From Bacteroidota bacterium (GTDB lineage Bacteria > Bacteroidota > Bacteroidia > NS11-12g > UBA955): 64,000 nt of DNA. Within the stretch, counting starts at the first letter, position 1, and each line of letters starts with the position of its first letter. Both the position numbers and the translations under genes were made by a program. Under the pieces are notes generated by a model that worked only from the letters and a program-made list of their open reading frames with translations, did not search any database and was not told the origin of the DNA. The DNA is taken from positions 1,647 through 65,646 of the forward strand of contig JABMMZ010000015.1 of the NCBI GenBank assembly GCA_013205405.1, read 5' to 3'. This document shows, in pieces, positions 29,164 through 38,040 of this stretch.

Positions 29164-29374
29164 TACAAATTGGCTGAAACGCCTAATTAATAAGGTTTTC
29201 CGCCATAATATGGTTGTGTATATTTTACTGAACATATTTGTAAGCCCTTGTATTTAAAGGATTTTAATATTATGAGAAAGTTAATTATATAAGAATTGTT
29301 AATAAACACAAGGGTTTCAAATAGCTAAGAGTGGTATACCGATAAAATGTACACTTACTTTGTAGTGTTATTTT

Positions 29375-30580
29375 ATGCAACCAGCTACTACTTTTGATGA
29401 ATTGCAAACGCTTACTGAATCTAAATTTAAGCTATTAAATCTAGAATTGGAATCCCTGTCTTATAATTTTTCTAATATTACTCTAACAGAATATGTTAAA
29501 AATAAAATTTTAGAAAAGCAATTAAAAATAAAGGCCGGTTGGTATGCTTGCCTTGTGAATAGAAATATTGATGTCTTATTATTGCCTGAATATTTTAATC
29601 ACAATCAAACCAGAAACATATTAATAAAGAAAGAAACAGACGCCTATAATGAAGAGTTAGAAAGATTCAAAGACTTCAAAAAGATTGAATCCAATTTAGA
29701 TTTATACAAGAATTTCTTCAAAACTATAGAGTCTGAAGACAAAAGTTTCAATTTGTTTTCTACACAAAAAATTAAAAAGGAAAACTGTCCAGAGCCACTT
29801 AGATTACTTTTTGAAAAATGGGAACAGCCTAATGCAGAAAATTATTTACAAGCCATTATTTTACAATTTTATGAATGGCATGCTACGGATAACTTTAGTT
29901 TTTCGGGTAAAAGACAAATTCTGATATGGTTGAATTATAAGTTATGGAAAAAGTATGGTTTAGTAGCCCAACTTATAGATATAGAATATTTTTTATTTAA
30001 TAATTGGAACAAAGAAAATAGATCATGTATTCAATCCATTTTAGATATTACAGACTTTATACATGAAAAGATTGAGACTTTAAGTTCAGAGTTAAAACTT
30101 TTATACAGAGAGGAAATAGATTACAATAACCTACTACCACAGCAGAAAATAGCCAATAATTATTTATTCAATCAAAATTTTGATATAAAACTAAATAGTA
30201 AGGTAAATACTACCTCGGATTTATTGTATAAAATTATTTTAAAGAAAGGGTTTTTAACCTATAGCGATTTGCCTTTAAAGGTGAATATGGAATCCGTGGA
30301 GGATACATTTAGGCAATGGCATATTGAAAAAAGTATAAGTGTAGATTTAAGTGAAAATAATTGGTTTATAAATCTAAAACCACAAACAAGTGAAGTTCAA
30401 AGATTGCATAAATTTAATAATGTTGAAATAAATAAGGAAGAAATAAATTGGAAATTTCTATTAGAGTGTAAAAATATTTTGCCAATTAAGAAAGAAGCAA
30501 CACCTATTATTAAGGAGGTTTCAACTTTTGAGTTGAAACAAGAAACAGTGACTATAAAAGCAAAAGCTTTCTTTGGATAG
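29375..30580 (+). CDS. hypothetical protein, no family recognised (weak resemblance to a degenerate Fic fold)
   Basis: 401-aa ORF flanked by 211-nt and 188-nt AT-rich spacers. LQFYEWHATDNFSFSGKRQILIWLNYKL aligns only loosely with the Fic HPFxDGNGRxxR helix. Confidence 0.3.
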   Translation: MQPATTFDELQTLTESKFKLLNLELESLSYNFSNITLTEYVKNKILEKQLKIKAGWYACLVNRNIDVLLLPEYFNHNQTRNILIKKETDAYNEELERFKDFKKIESNLDLYKNFFKTIESEDKSFNLFSTQKIKKENCPEPLRLLFEKWEQPNAENYLQAIILQFYEWHATDNFSFSGKRQILIWLNYKLWKKYGLVAQLIDIEYFLFNNWNKENRSCIQSILDITDFIHEKIETLSSELKLLYREEIDYNNLLPQQKIANNYLFNQNFDIKLNSKVNTTSDLLYKIILKKGFLTYSDLPLKVNMESVEDTFRQWHIEKSISVDLSENNWFINLKPQTSEVQRLHKFNNVEINKEEINWKFLLECKNILPIKKEATPIIKEVSTFELKQETVTIKAKAFFG

Positions 30581-30587
30581 TATAAAA

Positions 30588-30809
30588 TTAATGTTCGTCC
30601 TCGTGGAAGAAGTAATCGTCATCTGTTGGAAAATCACCCCATATTTCCTCAATACTTTCGTAAGGCTCACCATCGTCTTCTAACTCTTGAAGGTTTTCTA
30701 CAACTTCCATAGGTGCGCCCGAGCGAATGGCGTAATCTATTAATTCATCTTTAGTAGCTGGCCAAGGGGCGTCATCTAAATAAGATACTAATTCTAATGT
30801 CCAATACAT
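30588..30809 (-). CDS. DUF2795 domain protein
   Basis: LDDAPWPATKDELIDYAIRSGAPMEVVENLQEL is the DUF2795 signature, with an acidic tail. Confidence 0.75.
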   Translation of the reverse strand: MYWTLELVSYLDDAPWPATKDELIDYAIRSGAPMEVVENLQELEDDGEPYESIEEIWGDFPTDDDYFFHEDEH

Positions 30810-30997
30810 ATTAAATTCTATTTTTTTGCAAAAATATGATTTTTAATGAATTAATAGTTTAATTATTTATTAAAAATTTAATTTATTGATAATTAAGTAC
30901 TTAAAGTATTTTTAGAATCTATTACGAAAAAATATCTCTTCATTTTAAGAAAAATCACACTCAAAAAATATCTTTTTTTAAGAACAAAAGAAAATAG

Positions 30998-31465
30998 TTA
31001 CAATGATTTTGGCTCGTTTAAAAATTCTAAATGTGCTAATTCTTTTTCTTGGTAGTTGTGAAAACCAATGCCTAAATCGCCACTATGTGCTTGGCTAACG
31101 TAGTAGGCCAATTCTCTTAAGCTTTTATATAAATCGATAGCGAAAGAATGATCAAGTTTTGAAAAAATTGAATTTAATCCTTTTAATTTATCAATTAAAA
31201 CATTGGTTCTTTCAAATGTTTCTGTAGGTAAATCATTTATTAAAGCTGCTATTAATTCTTCACTTTGATTATCGATATTTTTATATACTCCTCTTACACT
31301 TCTGCTTTCAGCATAAGATTTTATATGAATTATTTTAACTGCTTTTGTGATTTCTGAATTATCAAAATTTCCATCAGCGCCAGAAATAAGTAAAGAAATT
31401 AAAATAGGGGCTTGGTTAATTAAGTCTTGTTCGTTTTTGGATAAATGAGATATTTTGCTGTGCAT
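30998..31465 (-). CDS. hypothetical helical protein
   Basis: The track ORF extends to 31567. Starting at Met35 (MHSKISHLSK, 31465) removes the overlap with ccmB and its promoter. Confidence 0.4.
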   Translation of the reverse strand: MHSKISHLSKNEQDLINQAPILISLLISGADGNFDNSEITKAVKIIHIKSYAESRSVRGVYKNIDNQSEELIAALINDLPTETFERTNVLIDKLKGLNSIFSKLDHSFAIDLYKSLRELAYYVSQAHSGDLGIGFHNYQEKELAHLEFLNEPKSL

Positions 31466-31511
31466 ATTGTTACTTTTATAGTATTTTTGTGCAAAAGTAC
31501 AAATTTTACTA

Positions 31512-32162
31512 TTGAAGGCAATCATTAATACCGTTAAATTTAATTTATTAGCAGAATGGAAATCCAAATTTTCTATTTTAAGTGTATTTATTTATATTTT
31601 TATTGCCATTTTAATTACATTTTTAAGCTTGCCAGGAATAGATAAACCACTTTTTGCTTCGGTATTTTGGATAGTAATGATTTTTACTACATTACAAGGA
31701 ATTAGTAAATCTTTTATCAATATGCGCAAAGGGCACTTTGCCTATTGGCAGCAAATTGTGACACCATTTCAGTTTTTGGCTTCAAAATTAATTAGCAATG
31801 CCATTTTAATGTTTATTTTCACAATTTTTTGTTCCATACTTTTTAGAATCATTCACGGTAATATAATTGATGATAATTTTGCATTTTTAATTACTGCCTT
31901 AATAACAGGTTTTGGAATAGCTAGTATTTTTACCATAAGCAGTAGCATAGCCGTAAAAACAGATAATGCCGGCATGTTATTGCCTGTTTTAACCGTTCCT
32001 TTAACAGTGCCTATTATTTTAATAGGTTTAAAAGCAAGCAAAAAAGCGGTAGATGGCTTAGGCTTTTTTACTATTCTACCTGAAATAGGGTTATTATTAT
32101 TGTTAAGCTTATTGATTACGGGATTGGGTTTATTATTAATAAAATTTGTTTGGAAAGATTAA
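31512..32162 (+). CDS. ccmB: heme exporter protein CcmB
   Basis: TTG start. NLLAEWKSKFSILSVF matches the CcmB N-terminal E(W)R.K motif; six TM helices; 216 aa. TATTTTTG -7 motif at 31492-31499. Confidence 0.75.
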   Translation: MKAIINTVKFNLLAEWKSKFSILSVFIYIFIAILITFLSLPGIDKPLFASVFWIVMIFTTLQGISKSFINMRKGHFAYWQQIVTPFQFLASKLISNAILMFIFTIFCSILFRIIHGNIIDDNFAFLITALITGFGIASIFTISSSIAVKTDNAGMLLPVLTVPLTVPIILIGLKASKKAVDGLGFFTILPEIGLLLLLSLLITGLGLLLIKFVWKD

Positions 32163-33250
32163 AAAAATTATTGGTTAAAAAAATTGTATTGTTAATCTTT
32201 TTGACTTTGATAAAGAAAGTATCAGCTCAAAATGACTCTAATAAATCTAAAGTAAAGTTTACAGGTTATTTAGAAACTTATTATTGTTATGATTTTGAGA
32301 ATTCTAAAGAACAAAGCAGGCCCAATTTTGCGTATTCTCATAACAGGCTAAATGAGGTAAACTTGAATTTAGGTTTTGTTAAGGCGGCTTATTTAGAAGA
32401 AGGTATAAGAGGCAATATTGCCTTAATGTCTGGCACTTATACTGGTTTAAATTTGGCGAGCGAGCCAGGGTTTTTTAGAAATATTTTAGAAGCAAATGTG
32501 GGAGTTAAGATTTCTAAAAATAATAATTTATGGATAGATGCTGGAATTTTTCCTTCACATATCGGATTTGAAAGTGCCATAGGCAAAGATTGTTGGAACT
32601 TAACTAGAAGTATATTGGCCGAAAACTCCCCTTATTATGAAAGTGGTTTAAAAATGACGTACAACAATAAAAATGAAAAATGGACTTTTAGTGGTTTATT
32701 GCTAAATGGATGGCAAAGAATACAAAAAGAAAAAGGCAATTCCACTATAGCTGCTGGTCACCAAATTACTTTCAAACCTAATTCAAATATTACCCTTAAT
32801 AGTAGTTCATTTTTTGGAAGTGTAAAACCTGATAGTATAAGAGTAAAGAGATATTTTCATAATTTGTATAGTCAAATTCAATTGAATAAAAAATTGGGTA
32901 TCACTATTGGATTAGATTATGGAATTCAACAACAGGTAAAAGATACAAATACTTATTTTCAGTGGTTTTCGCCAATAGTAATTTTAAAATATCAGTTATC
33001 AAAAAAATTGATTATTAACCTAAGAGGGGAGTATTATTCAGATAAAAATCAAGTAATTATCAGCACAGGTACTAGCAATGGTTTTCAAACCAATGGGTAT
33101 TCAATAAATTTAGATTACATCATAAAAGAAAATGTAGTTTTGAGATTGGAAGCCCGTCAGTTTAATAGTAAAGACAAAGTTTTTCTAAAAAATAAGCAGC
33201 CAAGTAGTCAAAATTTCTTTATGTCAACGGCTTTAGCAATTTCGTTTTAA
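32150..33250 (+). CDS. porin-like outer-membrane beta-barrel protein embedded in the ccm cluster
   Basis: Signal peptide ending SAQ, beta-strand periodicity, terminal SF. Start overlaps the ccmB stop by 13 nt. Confidence 0.55.
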   Translation: MERLKKLLVKKIVLLIFLTLIKKVSAQNDSNKSKVKFTGYLETYYCYDFENSKEQSRPNFAYSHNRLNEVNLNLGFVKAAYLEEGIRGNIALMSGTYTGLNLASEPGFFRNILEANVGVKISKNNNLWIDAGIFPSHIGFESAIGKDCWNLTRSILAENSPYYESGLKMTYNNKNEKWTFSGLLLNGWQRIQKEKGNSTIAAGHQITFKPNSNITLNSSSFFGSVKPDSIRVKRYFHNLYSQIQLNKKLGITIGLDYGIQQQVKDTNTYFQWFSPIVILKYQLSKKLIINLRGEYYSDKNQVIISTGTSNGFQTNGYSINLDYIIKENVVLRLEARQFNSKDKVFLKNKQPSSQNFFMSTALAISF

Positions 33251-33309
33251 AAACTGTTTTTTCTCAGAATTAGAGTTAATTAACCCTTCCTTTTTACCTT
33301 CAAATTGTT

Positions 33310-33317
33310 TACTTTTG
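33310..33317 (+). promoter_or_regulatory. TAnnTTTG -7 motif upstream of ccmC
   Basis: TACTTTTG lies 22 nt before ATG 33340. Confidence 0.4.
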
Positions 33318-33339
33318 CAGTGCATTTTAACAAAATATA

Positions 33340-34053
33340 ATGAAGCGTATTCCAAATAAATGGTTTAAGATATTATCGATTTTACTTGTACTTTATGTAT
33401 TGGTTTATGGCCTGCTTATTCCATTGCCTTCGGATGTAGGTATGTTGGATGAAACTATCCGCAATCTTTTTTACCATGTACCCATGTGGTTTGGTATGAT
33501 GTTGATAATGCTTGTAGCATGGATATACAGCATGCTTTACCTAGTAAAAATGAACCCGAATTATGATATTTATGCTACAGAATTAAATAATGTAGGCATT
33601 ATAATGGGTTTAGCAGGCTTGTTTACCGGTATGCTTTGGGGTTTTGGCACATGGGGAACCCCTTGGACAAACGACCCAAAATTGAATGGTGTTGCAGTAG
33701 GAATGTGCATGTATGGAGGCTATTGGTTATTGCAAAAATCTATTCATGATAATGAAAAACGGGCACGTTTAATTGCAGTATTTAATATATTTATTTTTCC
33801 ATTATTTATTGCTCTCATTTATGTTATGCCTAAATTAGCTACCTTTAGTATACATCCTGGAAGTGGCGATACAGTAAATTTTAAAACTTACAATAAAACA
33901 AATAATATGCAAATGGTTTTCTATCCTGCAGTTATTGGTTGGAGTTTGCTGTTTGTATGGATAGCCGAATTAAGAATTAGAATTAAGAAATTAAAATTAA
34001 AAAAAGAAAATGAAGAACTTTTTACTCAACATATTGTTACAAAACATACCTAA
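33340..34053 (+). CDS. ccmC: heme lyase/exporter subunit CcmC
   Basis: Six TM helices. Trp-rich periplasmic loop WGFGTWGTPWTNDPKLNG (WWD-type), with conserved His in flanking loops. Confidence 0.8.
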   Translation: MKRIPNKWFKILSILLVLYVLVYGLLIPLPSDVGMLDETIRNLFYHVPMWFGMMLIMLVAWIYSMLYLVKMNPNYDIYATELNNVGIIMGLAGLFTGMLWGFGTWGTPWTNDPKLNGVAVGMCMYGGYWLLQKSIHDNEKRARLIAVFNIFIFPLFIALIYVMPKLATFSIHPGSGDTVNFKTYNKTNNMQMVFYPAVIGWSLLFVWIAELRIRIKKLKLKKENEELFTQHIVTKHT

Positions 34054-34180
34054 CGAATCCTTATTTAGAACCTCAGGTAAAATATATATAGTAGTAGGAA
34101 TTATAGCCATAATTTTTATGATTATAGTTTTGTATTTATTTAGATTAGATAAAAAAATAGCAGAGATAGAGAATAAATAA
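34010..34180 (+). CDS. ccmD: CcmD-family small membrane protein
   Basis: 56-aa ORF below the track cutoff: MKNFLLNILLQNIPNESLFRTSGKIYIVVGIIAIIFMIIVLYLFRLDKKIAEIENK. It has the GKIY(V/I)VV-TM-LD+K pattern of Bacteroidota CcmD and overlaps the ccmC 3' end by 44 nt in another frame. Confidence 0.7.
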   Translation: MKNFLLNILLQNIPNESLFRTSGKIYIVVGIIAIIFMIIVLYLFRLDKKIAEIENK

Positions 34181-34181
34181 A

Positions 34182-34583
34182 ATGACGGAAAGAAAAGGGA
34201 TAAATCCGCTTTATATTATAATAATAGTAGCTATTGCAATTGCCTTTGCTATTGGCGTTAGTTTTTATGGCGATACTAGCCGTTATGTGTGCTTTGCAGA
34301 GGCAGACCAAATAGCGCACGATAAACCAACATTACAACTGCATGTAGTTACTACATTGGCAAAAGAAAAAGGAGAAGTATACAACCCCCAAGTAGATCCA
34401 AATTATTACCAGTTTTATGCTAAAGATACTGCAGGTATTGAGCGCAAAGTAATATACCGCAATGCCAAGCCACAAGATATGGAAAGAACAGATAAAGTGG
34501 TACTGATAGGGTATAGCAAAGGGGATTATTTTGAGGCAAAAGATATTTTGAAAAAATGCCCTAGCAAATACGAAAAAAAATAA
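34182..34583 (+). CDS. ccmE: heme chaperone CcmE, Cys-type (CxxxY) variant
   Basis: N-terminal TM anchor, OB-fold core (LQLHVV...YQFYAKD...VLIGY). The C-terminal ILKKCPSKYE lies where canonical CcmE has HxxxY. Confidence 0.8.
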   Translation: MTERKGINPLYIIIIVAIAIAFAIGVSFYGDTSRYVCFAEADQIAHDKPTLQLHVVTTLAKEKGEVYNPQVDPNYYQFYAKDTAGIERKVIYRNAKPQDMERTDKVVLIGYSKGDYFEAKDILKKCPSKYEKK

Positions 34584-34589
34584 TACATA

Positions 34590-37212
34590 TTGGAAACTAT
34601 TTTATTTCAAAACGAACATTTACTCATTGGAAATATTGGCCATTTAGCAGTTGTTATTTCTATAATTGCAGCTATATGTTCAGCAATAGCGTATGCACTT
34701 TCTGTTAATGAAAAATACAAAGATTTAAAAAGCTTTGGCCGATTGTTTTTTATTATTCAAAGTATAGCTGTATTGGTTATTTTTATTACTCTATTCTACA
34801 TCATTCAAAATCATTATTACGAATATCAATATGCTTATCAGCATTCCTCAAATACCCTGCCTGCACATTATATGATTAGCTGTTTTTGGGAAGGCCAAGA
34901 GGGCAGTTTTCTATTATGGATGTTTTGGCACGTTGTATTAGGCTTAATATTGATGTTTAAAGCCAAGTCATGGGAAAGTCCAGTACTTACCATTATTGCA
35001 TTGGCACAATTGGTTCTAGGCTCAATGCTACTTGGTTTTCATATTGGCGATTTAAAAATTGGTAGCAGTCCATTTATTTTATTGCGCGAACACAATCCTC
35101 AAGCACTTTTAATACCTATATTAGAAAGATTAGGCAAGGCTAATTATAGAAATTTATAAAGATGGCAACGGCTTAAATCCCCTTTTACAAAATTATTGGA
35201 TGGTAATACATCCACCTACTTTATTCTTTGGTTTTGCAGCTACTATTGTGCCGTTTGCATTTGCATTTGCTGGTTTGTGGACCAAAAGATATAAGGAGTG
35301 GACTATACTAGCACTACCATGGGCTTTAGTTGGTGTATTAGTTTTGGGCACTGGTATCATAATGGGAGGCTATTGGGCTTACGAAAGTTTAACTTTTGGC
35401 GGCTATTGGGCCTGGGATCCAGTAGAAAATGCATCTTTAATGCCATGGTTATTATTAATTACAGCTACACATTTATTATTAATAAATAAAGTAACCGGTA
35501 AATATCCTGTGTTAACTATTGTAATTACAATGTTTTCTTTCTTTATGGTGTTGTATGCTACTTTCCTTACCCGAAGTGGTGTGTTAGGTAATTCGAGTGT
35601 ACATTCATTTACAGATTTAGGCCTTTCATTCCAATTAATTATATTGTTGTTTTCCTTCATGTACCTATCGTTTGCTATCAGTTTTCAAACTTTTAAGAAA
35701 CGTATATTGTTTTTCGTGTTAGGTTTTGGCTTGCTATTAATAGTGGGATTTTTAGACATAGGAAGTGTTACTTTTATAAATATTTTAGGCACCATACTAT
35801 TCATAAGCTCCATTATACTTTTTATTTATAATTTATTTAAAATTTATCCTATTTCAAATGAGGTTGATAAAGTATATAGCAGAGAATTTTGGATGCTAAT
35901 AGGTAGCCTAGTATTATTACTTTCAGGCTTATTAATTATTACACAAACTAGCATACCAGTATTTAATAAATTATTTGAAACTAGCAGAGCTTCAAGAGGT
36001 GAGGAGTATTACAATGCTTGGCTAATGCCATTTGCAGTAGCTATTGTTTTACTTACTGCTATTGGTCAATTTTTAAAATACAAGGATACCGATAAGAAAA
36101 AGTTTTGGGATACCATTGTTACAGTTTTACTAATAGCCATTATAATTTCTGTAGGAGCAGTATTTTTATTTGATATGTGGATACTTAAATATTTGCCATT
36201 GTTAATATTAAGCATTTATACTTTAGTAGCCAATTTACATTACTTAAGAACCGTATTAAAAGGAAAAATTAAGATAGCTGGTGCTAGTATCGCTCATGCA
36301 GGTTTTGGGTTAATGATGATAGGCGTACTTATCTCTTCTGTTAATAAAAAAGTAATATCAGAAAATACAACTGGAACGGGTTATTTTTCGGAAACAACAC
36401 AAGATGGGAAAGAAGATTTAACAGCTAAAGAAAATAATAGGGAAAATGTATTATTAGCTAAAAACAGGCCAGTAGCAATTGCCAAAAATACTATTCAAGC
36501 TACTTTTATGGGTGCAAGAAACGAGGGGATTAATCGTTATTTTGATGTGCTTTATAAAACATACGAAAAAGGAAAGTTAAAAGATTCGTTTATTCTTTCT
36601 CCAAATTCACAAAACAATCCTAAAATGGGATTTGTGGCCAATCCAGATACAAAGCATTATTTAACAAAAGATATTTTCACCCACATAACTTACGAAAGTG
36701 GATTAGAAAACAAAGAAGAAAACAAGTTTGATAACTTTAAAACAGACACCGTTTCTATTGGAGAGGGCTTTATAACCCAAGATGGTACAAGGCAATTAAT
36801 TTTACAAAAAGTGAATCCAATTTATGTGTCTAAAAATATTGATACACTGCATTTAATGGCAGATATTGTGATAAATGTAGCTGGTGATACTTTTATGGCA
36901 CACCCAGAGTTTGTAACCGAAAATGGTAGAATTCGCATTAAAGAATCGCTTATTAATGCTGCAGGGATGTTGGTAATATTAGATCAATTACTGCCCGATA
37001 AAACTGAAGCAGGAGGTATGAAATTTATTATAACTACTGGTGTTAGAAAACCTCAAATGGATTATATTATATTAAAAGCCATAGAGTTTCCATATATCAA
37101 TTTACTTTGGGGCGGAACGGTTATTATGATATTTGGATTTGTATTATCTATTATTCAACGGTTTAAAGAATCTAAAATAAGAAGTAAACATATTACAAAT
37201 TCCAATGATTAA
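34590..37212 (+). pseudogene. ccmF: cytochrome c heme lyase CcmF, split by a frameshift at about 35151-35160
   Basis: ORFs 34590-35159 (frame 0) and 35134-37212 (frame 1) are the N- and C-parts of one CcmF. Conserved KDGNGLNPLLQNYW is encoded upstream of the first ATG (35200) of the second ORF. WWD motif YWAWDPVENASLMPWL. Confidence 0.85.
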
Positions 37213-37969
37213 ACATATTGCAATAATAGGTTCTGGTAATGCAGCAGGTGTGCTTGCAAAATTATTTTTTGAACACCAAATTATTATAGATTCTATACAT
37301 TCTAGCAATAGTATGACGGGTACTTTTTTAGCAGAGTGTGTAAAGGCAGAATTTAGAACAGATTATGTTTTTAATGCTACCACTCAGTTAGTTTTAATAT
37401 GTACCCAGGACGATAGGATAGAGGACGTAGTAAAAAGAATTGGTGATACAACTATTTTAGTATGTCATTGCGCAGGCAGTATTTGCATGACTGTGTTAAA
37501 TTCTTTTAGAAATTACGGTGTAATTTATCCATTACAAAGTTTATCAAATAATATAGACATTAAGACACTAAAAATTCCATTTTTAATAGAGACTAATAAC
37601 ACTGAAAATGAAATGGCCATTGCTGAATTGATTAGTTGCACAAAGAATATTTCTACAACTATTCAAAGTGAAATGCGTTTGCAGTATCATTTAGCGGCAG
37701 TATTTGCCAATAATTTTAGCAACGCTATGTTTATGGCTGCACAGCAAATAATAGAATCTAAACACTTAAATTTTGAGTTATTAAAGCCATTGATTCAGCA
37801 AACTGTTCATAAATTAGAAAATAAACTTCCATCGGAAACCCAGACTGGTCCTGCCATGCGATACGATGAACAAACTATTTCTAAGCATCTTGAGCTATTA
37901 GGAGATAATGAGAGTTTAAAAGATATTTATAGTTTAATATCCAGATTCATTTCTAATTGTAAAAAATAA
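37205..37969 (+). CDS. Rossmann-fold oxidoreductase-like protein with DUF2520 C-terminal domain
   Basis: IAIIGSGNAAGVLAKL dinucleotide-binding loop. C-terminal QTGPAMRYD resembles the DUF2520 signature. The start overlaps the ccmF stop by 8 nt. Confidence 0.6.
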   Translation: MIKHIAIIGSGNAAGVLAKLFFEHQIIIDSIHSSNSMTGTFLAECVKAEFRTDYVFNATTQLVLICTQDDRIEDVVKRIGDTTILVCHCAGSICMTVLNSFRNYGVIYPLQSLSNNIDIKTLKIPFLIETNNTENEMAIAELISCTKNISTTIQSEMRLQYHLAAVFANNFSNAMFMAAQQIIESKHLNFELLKPLIQQTVHKLENKLPSETQTGPAMRYDEQTISKHLELLGDNESLKDIYSLISRFISNCKK

Positions 37970-38040
37970 TTTAAGTAAAAAATAAGTAAGTTTAACGTTC
38001 ATATGAGTTTATTTAAAACTTTAAAAATACTTTCGTTTGT

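Noticed and set aside
35151-35160. Programmed +1 ribosomal frameshift in ccmF, prfB-like.
   Set aside because: The P-site codons (AAT, TTA) cannot re-pair in the +1 frame. No stimulatory upstream element is evident, and similar A/T-run indels occur in unrelated genes in the window.
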